From: Cenococcum geophilum
Lineage: Eukaryota
NCBI GenBank assembly: GCA_050273025.1
Contig: CP158635.1
Location: forward strand, 17,236,001 to 17,300,000
DNA: 64,000 nucleotides
Direction: 5' to 3'
The notes beneath the pieces were generated by a model. That model saw nothing but the letters and a program-made list of their open reading frames with translations. It was not told the origin of the DNA and did not search any database. Below, in pieces: positions 1-13,767 of the stretch. Positions within the stretch are counted from its first letter, which is position 1; every line of letters starts with the position of its first letter. Both the position numbers and the translations under genes were made by a program.

Positions 1-3000
1 TTTCTTAATTACTACTAGCATCTATTCTTCTTATAGTCTCTTTAAAACCCATTTAACGTGTTCCCCGTGTTCTTCCTTAATTATTAAGTAAATAATAATA
101 TTATTAAGATATACTATAACAAATTCATCTAAGTGTTCCCCTAATACGTTTTTAATATACTTTTAGAACGTTACTAGTGCGTTTATAAGCCCAAATTGCA
201 TAACTAATGGTTTATATAGTCCTTCCTTTAACCTAAAAGCTGCCTTTTATTTATTACCTTCCTTAATCCTAATCTAATAGTACGCCTATCTTAGATCTAT
301 CTTTATAAAGATTTACATATTACTTATCCTATCTTAGATTTCACTAATTAAGGGTAAAGGATACCTATTCTTCCTAGTAATGCTGTTTAACTATCTATAG
401 TTAATATACAGCCTTAGTTTACTATTTTTCTTTAGTACAAATAGTACTGGATAACCCGCTAATAACTGCGATGGTCTAATATATCCCTTCCATAGATTTT
501 CCTAGATAAACTCTTTTAACGCTCTACCTTCTTCTTTAGTAAGCTTATAGATTAGAAAAAACTTTAGACTTATTCCTAGTTTTAACTCTATCTTATAGTT
601 CTATACTATATACTTTAATAGCTTTTTACTTTCCGGTAACTATAGTTTCTTACTATACTTATAGTATCTCTTTAGTATATAACTTAGTCCTTTTTCTATT
701 TCTTTATAGGTTGCTCCTACTTAGTACCATACTAACTTAGCTTATTATTATATCTTACAACATTAAGTATCTCTAATATTAACCTAACCTATAATTTAAT
801 TAATTCTTAGATTGTATTTCTGTAACTAAGGTATACCTAATACTGCCTTATCCCGTCCTAATAGTAGGATATTAAAAGATATCTTAATTTATCTCCCTTT
901 AATAGTTATCTAAATAGGTCCTATTTTAAGATTAATAATCCCTCCTCTATAGGTTATTGGATCTCCTAAAATTATAACTAATAGGTAAGGTTGCTCCTTT
1001 TATCTATAAGGTAGCCCTATTCTCTTAACTGCTACTAATAAGATATAGTTTTATATTGCTCTACTATCTATTAGCGCTTTAAACTACTAATCTTACTAAT
1101 TAATCCGTAAATTTAGGTATTATCCTTAAATTCCTTTAAGGGTCTAAGGCTCTACCACTAGCTCCCTCTAATCCTATAGGCCTCTACTTTTCCTAACTAT
1201 TGGCTACTTAATCCTAGTACACTTAGCTCACTCTTTAGCTAATGCCTAGTTCGCTTTTTATCTTTAATATACTATAGATATATATTTTTTAGGCATTCCC
1301 ACCACTATTATCTATCTAAGTATTCTTCTATAAGGAATCTTCCTAGTTAAAGTACTAAACTCCCTTCCTCTTAGACCTCTACTGGATACCATCCATATAT
1401 ATATTTAGCATTCCTATACTATTACTTATCTATTATCCAGTACATCCTTATAAAGTATTTCTAATTCTTTTCCTTTGGATTCTTATGCATTTCGTATATA
1501 TTGTCTACGCACGCAATCCATAATAACGTATAGTATGCTAGGTGCTTTAGGTTAACTCTTAGCTCGTTTTTATTCTTAAGTTTAAACCTTTATTATACTA
1601 ATCTAAACGTTATAACTTTATTCGCAGGTACTAAGATATATCTTTTACTTCTCTAGTCCTCTAAACGTTCCTTTAGATCCTTTAATATCATAATTAAGGC
1701 TCCTTTAATATGCGTTATGGCCTTCTCTATAATCGGGTAGTTCTAGATAACTTTTTTATTTAACTATATATAGAAATCTTCCCACTTATTATTATGCCTT
1801 TGCCTATACTACTTTTAGTATAGCTACTAAAGTATATACAGCTTATCCGTAAGGAAGTATCTTCTTATTACTATATTATGATAGCCCTTTATATATCGTT
1901 CCTCGAACCTAGTTAGAATCCCTAGATCCTCTTTATCTTCCAATTCGGTAAGCCACTTAGCTCTTAGTGTGCCTGCTCTCGGCCTATTGGTGATTTTTCA
2001 TACTAGTACTCTGTCCTTCGTACGTCCTAATGTACTAGATCTTCTATCTAGTTTCTGTTCTTACTATACGATAATTCTTTACCTAAACTCTTTTATAGTT
2101 TCTTTTGGTTTGCGCCTTATAAGTAAATCCTTAAAGTCTTTATGCTTTTTAATCTTAGTATTAACTTTTTAATCTTTAGGCTAAACACTGTGTTCCCCTA
2201 GTAAGTCTTTTAGGTCTATATATCTATCTCCTAGTTTAATTGCTATTTGTGCTGTAGATTCTCTAATCTATAAAGAAGCTCCTTACCCCTTACCTATAGG
2301 TGTCCTAATTTGTACTCCAAATTCTTAGTCCCTTAGATTCTTTAATCCTAAGCTTGCTTCTAACTTAAGCTTAGCTCCCGCTTTAGTCCAACTAGGCGTC
2401 CGTAGTGTTCTTATCTTATCTTAAGAGTCTTAAATCTCACTTATCTCGTCTTAAGAGTCTTATACCTATAGGAACTTCTATTTTAAGCTTATTCGTATAG
2501 TTCTAAACTAAGCTACTACCCTGCTCCATCGGTTTTCGTCCGTTATAGGTCCTTAGGTATACCTCATCTCGTCTTAAGAATCTTAGTTGTCTCTCATCTC
2601 ATCTTAAAAATCTTAAGCCTTTGGCCTTTTACCTTTATTAAGTACCGAAGTAGTTTACTGTCCTACTTCTCTTACGTCTCGCAAAGCAATAGACATCGTG
2701 TCTAGTGGGGTTTTAATCCCTACTAATATTCCCTATTCTATAGTAGAATTATTCTCTACTTTTAGTATAACATCTCTAAGGTCTGCTCGCTCCTAGTAAG
2801 CGGCCCTTATTACCTTATTATTACAGAATATTTCGCCTAGGTCGAATTCATCGTCCTTAATATTTAATCTGCGAACTAGTTCGTTGGTTCCTCTATATCC
2901 TACAGGTGCTAGCTCTTATAGCTAATAGCTTACGCCGTACTTAGCGTCCTTATAAATTTAGTATGCGTTATTATAACAAAACGCAAAACTTCTAATTAAA

Positions 3001-4611
3001 CATTCTTTTATTCCTTATAGCATATTATCGTCCCTTTATACGTGTATATCGTCTACTGGTCTTATGCCTTTTACTATATAGTGACTCTGCCCACTTCTAC
3101 AGTTTCTGACGTAATGACCCTATTTTCCGTAATTTATATAAGCTCCTTCTTTAAACCATTTCTTTTGTTATAGAGTCCGCCTGAATATCTTCTGCTGTTA
3201 AGATCCCTAATTCGGCCTCTACTCCTTAGACTTTTAATTACTTAATCCTTATCCTCTAGGTTTCCATAGTTTGCTCTATCTCTTATAGGCTTCTTTAGTA
3301 CCACTTAGGTCCATTAGCTCTGCGCTATACTATAGTTTCTAACTTAGCTTTTGTTATTACATACTTTACGCCTTATATAACTGTAGAACTCTGTCCTAGC
3401 CTCTCTTAGCCTGTTCCCTTTAGTAGATCTAATTATTAATCTTAATCGCCTAATCTATTAGTTCCCTTAGGGTATCCGCATCTTTTATTAGGATGATCGC
3501 GTCCTAGACTTTAGCCTTAAGTCCCTATTTATACTATGCTATAAGCGCCCTATTATTTTACTTTACTTATATTGCTAGTGTCTAGAACTATATTGTATAC
3601 TTAATTGCTAAAGTTTGTTGCACGAGGTTCTAGAGTTTTCTTTCTACTATAGTTGTTTCTTCCGGGTCTCTAAATATCTGCGTTAGTTATTCTATAAATC
3701 CTTCCTAACTTAAGAATATAAATCGCACGTCTTAGTTAGTGGTTATTATTCCGTTTACCTATATCTCTGTAAGGTAAGGTTTAAACTACTTAAGTACTTT
3801 CCCTGATAAGAATAGTCCTATATAGGCTATCCGATCCACAGGTATAGGTAACTTTACTCCCTTTTATAAGACCTTAAAATGCATCTACGTAAGGAATCCT
3901 TTAAGCTTTAACCTCTCTCCAGTGAATCTCTTAATTAATAGTAGCTTAATTTTTGCTGCTCCTATTCTGTTAAGTCTTTCTTCTAACACTATATTGTTAG
4001 CTATTAGCTAGTCAACTATTTCCTATAGCTGTTTGACCGTCATAGGTTGCTATAAGTCAGTATCCGCTATACTAGTATTACCTCCTGTCCTTAAAGTAGT
4101 TACTGCCGTTAATGGCGTTATAGTGGCTGCTTTTGGTGGCATATTATTTAACTTCTTATATTAATACCGTAACTAGGTAGTAATTATATAACGGAACCTA
4201 GTAGTAAGAACTACGGTAGGTTCGTTATTGGGCTAGGTATATAGGAAATATAAGTATAAAAGTTAACAACGTAATAATAACTGGTAGAGTGGTTGCCTAA
4301 TAGATTAACTCTAATTGTATTCTGAGAATTACTACAAGGAAGGAACTATCTAGGTAGGGACTAAGGGTCCTTAAATACACAACCGTACTCCTAAGAAAGT
4401 TATTGCTCTGTCTGCTCTGTCTGCTCTATTTGCTTTGCGACAGATCTTATAGATTATATAGATTATACAGATTACATCACGTGACTCTGCCTACCATTCC
4501 TCGTCATATGGTTCTACGGGTTCCATTTTGGACCGTGCTTGTATTAACCAACTAGCTTCTTCCGACTCTTCTCCAAGTAGTCGTAACATTGTACTTAAAG
4601 CGTCCGTAACA
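1..4611 (-). mobile_element. Ty3/Gypsy chromovirus copy G1 (5' half; runs off the left window edge)
   Basis: 5' LTR 4187-4611 (TGTTACGG start on -), gag ATG at 4142, CCHC knuckle near 3110-3145, protease near 1050-1080, RT start at 1-540. Colinear with the + copy at 53884-61855. Inserted into copy G2. Confidence 0.93.
4187..4611 (-). repeat. 5' LTR of G1 (425 bp)
   Basis: Reverse complement of LTRs 53884-54308 and 61431-61855; TG...CA termini, one end RIP-changed. Confidence 0.92.
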
Positions 4612-7600
4612 TCTACTTTATCTTAAGAAAGTTTATAAGAAGGTTTATTCTAAGGAGTAAAAACTTATAAAATAAGGTTTATAGGAACTTAGTAATAAAA
4701 GAACGGATTCTCTTCTAATAGAGGAGAAAATAACTCTAAGTAGTTCGGCAGTCGCTCTTCCTAAGTCCCCCTTAGGTGACTTATTCTTTAGCGATTCTTC
4801 TTTATTAATATTACCTAACCTTTTCTCTTTTAATACTCCTATACCTTTCCTATAGCGTTCTTTAGGTTCTCTAGTAGTTCCTAGGTAGTCTTATTATAGC
4901 CTATCTACTTTACTTTATACTATATTTTATTATCTATATCCTTATAACTAACAATCTTTAAAACTTACTATTTATCTTTCTCTTATTCTTTATACGTGTC
5001 TACTTTATAAACTAGTGGCTTAATATTCCTATATACTAGCTCTAGCATTATAATATGCTATATAGGGTAGATCTTTATTCTAGCTAGTAGGTTTAACTTA
5101 AATATAACCGGTAAAATTTTCTATATAATTTTAAAAGGCCCTAATCTAATATAGTCCAACTTCTTACTTAGTTATTAACTCTTAAAATTTTTATATAGTA
5201 GCTATACTTTATCTTCCTCCTTAAGATCTAGTCCCTTAGATCTCTTAACATTATAGTACTTTTTTATCCTTTACTATACCACCTTAGCTGTTTCCGTAAG
5301 GTCTGCATAAAGATTTATTAAACTCTTTATTCTTTACTTAGCTATACTACTTATCTTCTTTACTTAACGTGGTAATAATAAGGTCCTTAGCTTATATCTA
5401 TAATTCGCCTTAAATAGTAACGTGCCTATTTCTTCTTATAGTATTATATTATATATAAACTATATAACTAGTAGTAGTAATACCTAATTATTCTATATGT
5501 AATTAATATAATGCCTTAAATACTACTTTAGTATCTAATTTAATCTTTCTATTTAACCGTCTGTCTATAAATAATATGCGGTAGAAGTTACTACTTAAAC
5601 TCCTTACTCTGCTAAGAATACTTCCTAAAATACTACTATAAATCTTAGATCTCTATCTAATATAATTTTGCTTAGTGCTTTATATCTTATAAATACTTCT
5701 TTAATATAGATTCTAGCGATATCTTCCGCTAATATTTCTTCTATATATGCTATAAAGTATCCCTACTTTATAAGCTTATCTACTATTACTAAAATCGTAT
5801 TATAATCTTGTCCGGTAATAGGATCTCTTAATTTTAGTAACTTAATAATAAAGTCCTATAATATAACCTCCTATAGTCTCTCTAGTATTTTAATAGGTTA
5901 TAGCTCTCTATATAGCTTATACCTTATTAGTTTATTCCTTTAGTAATCTAGATATTCTTTTATAACTTACCTAGCTAGTCCCTAGATTCCATTAATAATA
6001 TACTCTTCTTAAAGTCTTAATACTAAGCCTATAGCTCCATTATATCCTTAAGTTAGTCCCTTATAAAATAACTTAATAAATTCCTTTGCAATAGATCTTA
6101 GTATATATATTACTTCTTAATTCTTATACTACTCTAAGTCTGGATCTTCTACCTATATATCTTAGATCCCTTATATCCAATTACTTTCTAGTAAATTATA
6201 GATCTATTCTTCTTATATTACTATAATTTTTAGGTAATTATATCTAATTAATCCGTTTATGTCTTTTCGCAATAAAGCCCCTAATGGCTTTTTATTATTC
6301 TATAGTTCAGTCTTTCTATTTAGAGTATCTGCTTATGCATTTTCTATACCCTTAGTATACTGAATTTTAAAATGGTATTCTATAAGCATCTCTGCCTATC
6401 TAACCTGTCTATAATTAAGTTCTTTTATTATTAGGAACCCTATTAGGTTCTTATAATCCGTCTTAACTATAAATAGTTTTTCTATACCTTATAAGAATAA
6501 TCTCTATTTTTTTAGTACTGTAACTATACCTAATAACTCCTTATTATAGATGTTATAGTTTAGTTCTAGTAGTATTATCTTTTAACTGTAATATACTACT
6601 AGGTGCTATCTATCCTTATATTTCTATAGGAAGTACGCTCCTAGTATATAGTCTAATATATCCATTTCAACTACTGTCTCTAACTATGGTTAATAGATTT
6701 TAAGAACTGGCTCCTAGGTAAACAACTATTTGATTTTCTTAAACAGTTCCTTTTATTCCTCTCCCTATGCCCATAGTTCTTCCTTCTTTATTAGTCTTAT
6801 AAGTGGCTTAATATTCTTTAACTATTAAGCTATAAACCTTATGTAGTAGTTATAGAACCCTAAAAATAACCTTAACTATATTACATTTTCTAGTTCTTGC
6901 TAATTTACTATAGCCTTAATCTTCTTTAGATCTATACTAAGTTAGCCTAGTTTAATAATAAATCTAATAAAATCCATCTTCCTAGTAAAGAACTTGTATT
7001 TCTTAATTGCTACTAGCATCTGCTCTTCCTATAGTCTCTTTAAGACCCATTTAATATGTTCTCTATATTCTTCCTTACTTATTAAGTAGATAATAATAAT
7101 ATTAAGATATACCATAACAAATTAATTTAAGTATTCTCTTAACATATTGTTAATATGCTTCTAAAACGTTACTAATACATTTATAAGCCCGAATTGCATA
7201 ACTAGTAGTTTATATAGTCCTTCCTTTAACCTAAAGGCTGCCTTCCATTTATTGCCTTCCTTAATTCTAATCTAATGGTATACCTATCTCAGATCTATCT
7301 TTATAAAGATTTGCGTATTACCAATCCTATCTTAGATTTCGCTAATTAAGGGTAAAGGATACCTATCCTTCCTAGTAATGCTATTTAACTATCTATAGTT
7401 AATGTATAGCCTAAGTTTTCTATTCTTCTTTAGTACGAATAGTACTAGATATCCCGCTAATAACTATAATAGTCTAATGTATCCTTTTTAAAGATTTTTC
7501 TAGATAAACTCTTTTAGTGCTCTCCCTTCTTCTTTAGTAAGTATAATAGAGCCTTGTAGTAGGAACTACGGTAGACTTATTAATAGGCTAGGTATATAGG

Positions 7601-8070
7601 TATTATAAGTAAGTCAATAACGTAATAATAACTGGTGGAGTGGTTGCCTAATAGATTAACTCTAATTATATTCTGAGAATTACTATAAGGAAGGAACTAT
7701 CTAGGTAGGGACTAAGGGTCCTTAAATACACAACTATACTCCTATAAAATCCTTTTTATACGTAATATACGTGTTATACGTAAGGTATATAAGTTCCTCT
7801 TATTCCTCTCGTTTAATACGTAGCATATTATATAACCTTAGCTACTATTCCTCATTATATAGTTCTACGGGTTCTATCCTAGACCGTACTTATATTAACT
7901 AACTAGCCTCTTTTAACTTTTCTCCAAGTAGTTATAATATTGTACTTAAGGCGTCCGTAATACCATCTCCCTCCTCTCTATCTTCGTCCTTAAAGATACC
8001 TAGTATCTTTAAGTCGTTTACTAGAGGTATAATATCCATCTAATTAATTTAGTTAATATTGTTACTTATA

Positions 8071-8722
8071 ATACTTAAAGCCTCTTCTTTTTTATACGCG
8101 CAACGTCGTGCCCGTACTATTGCTATAATTTTATTACTTAGTAAAATAATACTATCTCTATATTCTTGTTATTCGAAAAAGGGGTTAGTTTATATTATAT
8201 TAGCGAGTCCTTTATCTTAACAGCCCTCTTCCTGTTTAGAGTATACTAGAGTAAACATTTAATCGTCTTACAATATTCGCTTTACTTCTAACGCTAAGTA
8301 TACGCGTCCTATAACTCTTAATAGTCTCTAAGTTCCCTAAGTAATTTATTATAGGGTCTTATATTTAATCTGCTACTATAAAGCTTAATAGTAACCTAGC
8401 GTAGGCCCTTATAGAGCTTAAGCGTTCTTAGGATGCGGAATAGAAGGCCCTAGATGCCCGTATTACGGCGTCTACCCGTTTACTTTATCTTAAGAAAGTT
8501 CGTAAGAAGGTCTATTTTAAGGAGTAGAAACTTATAAAATAAGGTTTATAGGAACTTAGTAATAAAAAAACGGATTCTTTTCTAACAGAGGAGAAAATAA
8601 CTCTAAGTAGTTCAGCAGTCGCTCTTCCTAAGTCCCCCTTAGGTGACTTATTCTTTAGCGATTCTTCTTTATCAATATTGCCTAACCTTTTCTCTTTTAA
8701 TACTTCTGTACCTTTCCTATAG
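8071..8722 (+). pseudogene. RIP-damaged antisense accessory gene of G3: Zn2Cys6-like plus coiled-coil protein; exons 8071-8299 and 8355-8722
   Basis: De-RIP reading MPKASSS...PCSRCSKEGLVCVALASPLSRQPSSCSECTRANIRSSCDVRS..DAE/WSRIQSAAAKLD...ARLLRLEKVRKKV. Same exon 1 length (229 nt) and intron length (55 nt) as in G4 and G5. Confidence 0.78.
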
Positions 8723-11700
8723 CGTTTTTTAGGTTCTCTAGTAGTTCCTAGGTAGTCTTATTATAGCCTATCTACTTTACTTTATACTATATTTTATCGT
8801 CTATATCCTTATAACTAACGATCTTTAAAACTTACTATTTATCTTCCTCTTATTCTTTATACGTGTCTACTTTATAAACTAGTGGCTTAATATTCCTATA
8901 TACTAGCTCTAGCATTATAATATGCTATATAGGGTAGATCTTTATTCTAGCTAGTAGGTTTAACTTAAATATAACTAATAAAATTTTCTATATAATTTTA
9001 AAAGGTCCTAGTCTAACGTAGTCCAACTTCTTACTTAGTTATTAACTCTTAAAATTTTTATATAGTAGCTATACTTTATCTCCCTCCTTAAGATCTAGTC
9101 CCTTAGATCTCTTAGTATTATAGTACTTTTTTATCCTTTACTGTACCACCTTAGCTATTTCCGTAAGGTCTGCTTAAAGATTTATTAAACTCTTTATTTT
9201 TTACTTAGCTATGCTACTTATCTTCTTTACTTAATATAGTAATAATAAGGTCCTTGGCTTATATCTATAATTTACCTTAAATAGTAACGTGCCTATTCCT
9301 TCTTATAGTATTATATTATATGCAAACTATATAACTAGTAATAGTAATACCTAATTATTCTATATATAATTAATATAATGCCTTAGATACTACTCTAGTA
9401 TCTAATTTAATCTTTCTATTTAACCGTCTGTCTATAAATAATATGCGGTAGAAGTTGCTACTTAAACTTTTTACTCTACTAAGAATACTTCCTAAAATAC
9501 TACTATAAATCTTAGATCTCTATCTAATATAATCTTACTTAGTGCTCTATATCTTGCAAACACTTCTTTAATATAGATTCTAGTAACATCTTCCGCTAAT
9601 ATTTCTTCTATATATACTATAAAGTATCCCTACTTTATAAGCTTATCTACTATTACTAAGATTACGTTATAATCTTATCCGGTAATAGGATCTCTTAACT
9701 TTAGTAACTTAATAATAAAGTCCCATAATATAACCTTCTATAGTCTCTTTAGTATTTTAATAGGTTATAGCTCTCTATATAGCTTATACCTTATTAGTTT
9801 ATTCCTTTAGCAATCTAGGTATTCTTTTATAACTTACCTAGCTAGTTTTTAGATTCTATTAATAATATACTCCTCTTAGAGTCTTAACACTAAGCCTATA
9901 GCTCCGTTGTGTCCTTAAGTTAGTCCCTTATAAAATAACTTAATAAACTCCTTTATAATAGATCTTGGTATATATATTACTTTTTAATTCTTATACTGCT
10001 CTAAGTCTAGATCTTCTACCTATATATCTTAGATCCTCTATATTTAATTACTCTCTAGTAAATTATAGATCTGTTTTTCTTATATTACCGCGATTTTCGG
10101 ATAATTATATTTAATCAATCTATCTGTGTCTTTTCACAATAAAGCCCCTAATGGCTTTTCGTTATTCTATAGTTTAGTCTTTTTACTTAGTATATCTACT
10201 CGTGTATTCTCTATACCCTTAATATACTAAATCTTAAAATAGTATTCTGTAAGCATCTCCGCCTATCTAACTTATCTATAATTAAGTTCTTTTATTATTA
10301 GGAACCCTATTAGGTTCTTATAATCCGTCTTAACTATAAATAGTTTTTCTATACCTTGTAAGAATAATCTCTATTCTTTTAGTGCTGTAACTATACCTAA
10401 TAGCTTCTTATTATAGATGTTATAGTTTAGTTCTAATAGTATTATCTTTTAACTATAGTATACTACTAGGTGCTATCCATCTTTATATTTCTATAGAAAG
10501 CACACTCCTAGTATATAGTTTAATACATCCGTTTTAACCACTATCTCTAACTATAGTTAATAGATTTTAAAAACTAGCTCTTAGGTAAACAACTATTTAA
10601 TTTTTTTTAAATAGTTTCTTTTATTCCTCTCCCCATACCCATAGTTCTTTCTTCTTTATTAGTCTTATAAGTGGCTTAATATCCTTTAACTATTAAGCTA
10701 TAAACCTTCTACAGTAGTTGCAGAACCCTAAGAATAACCTTAACTATATTATATTTTCTAGTTCTTACTAATTCACTATAGCCTCAATCTTCTTTAGATC
10801 TATACTAAGTTAGCCTAGTTTAATAATAAATCTAACAAAATCCGTCTTTCTGGTAAAGAACTCGCATTTTTTAATTACTACTAGCATCTATTCTTCCTAT
10901 AGTCTCTTTAAGACCTATTTAACGTGTTCTCTATATTCTTCCTTACTTATTAAGTATATAATAATATTATTAAGATATACTATAACAAATTTATCCAAGT
11001 GTTCTCTTAATATATTATTAATACACTTCTAAAATATTACCGGTACATTTATAAGCCCAAATTGTATAACTAGTAGTTTATATAGTCCTTCCTTTAACCT
11101 AAAGGCTGCCTTCTATTTATTACCTTCCTTAATCCTAATCTAATAGTACACCTATCTCAGATTTATCTTTATAAAGATTTGCACATTACTAATTCTATCT
11201 TAAATTTCGCTAATTAAGGGTAAAGGATACCTATCCTTCCCAGTAATGCTATTTAACTATTTATAGTTAATGCATAGCCTAAGTTTTCTATTCTTCTTTA
11301 GTATAAATAGTACTAGATATCCTGCTAATAACTGTAATAGTCTAATATATCCTTTTTAAAGATTTTCCTAGACAAACTCCTTAAGTGCCTATAACTCTTT
11401 TTCTGTTAACTTATAGGTTAGGTAGAACCTTAAACTTATTCCTAGTTTTAACTCTATCTTATAGTCCTATGCTATATACTCTAACAGCTTTTTACTTTCT
11501 AGTAACCATAGCTTCTTACTATATTTATGGTATCTCTTTAGTATATAACTTAATCCTTAATTAGTCTCCTTATATATTACTCCAACTTAGTACTATACCA
11601 ACTTAGTTTATTATTATATCTTATATTATTATATATCTCTAATATCGACCTAACCTATAACCTAATTAATCTTTAGATTATATTCCTATAACTAAGGCAT

Positions 11701-13767
11701 TCCTAATACTGCCTTATTATTCCCTAATAGTAATATATTAAAAGATATCTTAACTTATCTCCCTTTAATAGTTATCTAAATTGGTCCTATTTTAAGATTA
11801 ATAATACCTCCTCTATAGGCTATCAGATCTCCTAAAATTGTTACTAATAGATAAGGGTGCTCTTTTTGCCTGTATGGTAGCCCTATCCTTTTAACTACTA
11901 CTAGTAAAATATAGTTCCTTATTACTCTACTATCTACTAATACTTTAAACTACTAATCTTACTATTTAACTTTTAAATTTAGGTGTTATCCTTAAATTCC
12001 TTTAAGGGTCTAAGGCTTTACTACTAGCTCCCTTTGGTTCTATAGGCCTCTACTTTTCCTAACTATTAGCTACTTAATCCTATTATACTTAGCTTATTCT
12101 TTAGCCAATACCTAGTTCGCTTTTTATCTTTAATATACTATAGATAGGTATTCTCTAGATATTCCCACTATTGTTATCTATCTAAGCATTCTTCTATAAG
12201 GAATCTTCCTAGTTAAAGTATTAAATCTCCTTCCTCTTAGGCTTCTACTAGATGCCATCTATATATATACTTAGCATTCCTATACTATTATTTATCTATT
12301 ATCCAGTATATCCTTATAGGGTATTTCCGGTTCTTTTCCTTCGGATTCTTATATATTTCATATATATTATCTATATATATAATCCATAATAGCGTATAGT
12401 GTGCTAGGTACTTTAGATTAACTCTTAACTTATCTTCGTCTTTAAGTTTAAACCTCTATCGCACTAATCTAAATATTATAACTTTATTCGCAGGTATTAA
12501 GACGCGCTTTTTACTTCTCTAGTCCTCTAATTGTTTCTTTAGATCCTTTAATATTATAATTAAGGCCCCCTTAATATAATTTATTACTTTTTCTATAATT
12601 AGGTGGTCTTAGATAACTTTTTCATCTAACTATATATAGAAATCTTCCCACTTATTATTATGTCGTTGCCTATACCACTTTTAGTATAGCTGTTAAAGTA
12701 TATACGGTCTATCCGTAAGGAAGTATCTTCTTATTACTACGTTATAACAGCCTTTTATATATCATTCTTTGAACCTAATAGAAATCCCTAGACCCTCTTC
12801 TTATTCTAGTTTAGTAAGCCACTTAGCTCTTAGTATGCTTATCTTAGGTCTATTAGTAATTCTTTATATAGGTACTTTATCCCTTATACGTCCTAATATA
12901 CTAGATCTCTTATCTAGTTTCTATTCTTACCATAAAGTAATTCTTACTCTAAATTCCTCTATAGTTTCTTTCTTTTTACATCTTATAAGTAGATCCTTAA
13001 AGTCCTCTTACTTCTTAATCTTAGTATTAAACTCTCAATCTTTAGTCTAAACATCTTATTTAACTAATAAGTCCTCTAGGTCTATATATCTATCTCCTAA
13101 TCTAACTACTGTTTATATTATAGATCCTCTAATCTATTATAAAGCCGCTTACTTCTTACTTATAGGTGTCCTTATTTATACTCTAAACTCTTAACCCCTT
13201 AGATTCTTTAATCCTAAGCTTACCTCTTTCTTAAGCTGCGCTCCAGCCTTAGTCCAACTAGGCTTTACTAGTATTCTTATCTTGTCTTAAGAGTCTTAAA
13301 TCTCACTCATCTTATCTTAAGAATCTTATACTATTAAGAACACTTATCCCAAGCTTATTTATATATTCTTAAACTAAGCTACTACTCTGCTCTATTAGTT
13401 TACGTCCGTTATAGGTCCTTAAGCATACCTTATCTCTTCTTAAGAATCTTAGTCGTCTTTTATCTCGTCTTAAGAATCTTAAGCCTTTAGCCTTTTGCCT
13501 TTATCGAGTGGTAAGCTAGCACTAGCAGTTATCTACTTACTTAATTATCTTTAGATATTGCTCCTTCCGTCTTATAAAGCGATAGATGCTATATCTAACG
13601 GTATTATAATACCTATTACTAAACCTTACTCTATAGCGGTCTTAGTCTCTACTTCTATTACATTATTAAGGTTTAGATACCCCTAGTTAGTTCCTTTACT
13701 ATCCTTATTATTATTAATTAATAAGTACTCCAACTCCATTATTATTATTACTAATTATTATCTATAT

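Noticed and set aside
1969..2172. Recurrent hydrophobic ORF MPALGLLVI... (also 12769, 20828, 26674) as a small membrane protein
   Set aside because: It is the antisense shadow of the purine-rich Gag-PR insert; recurrence only reflects repeat copies.
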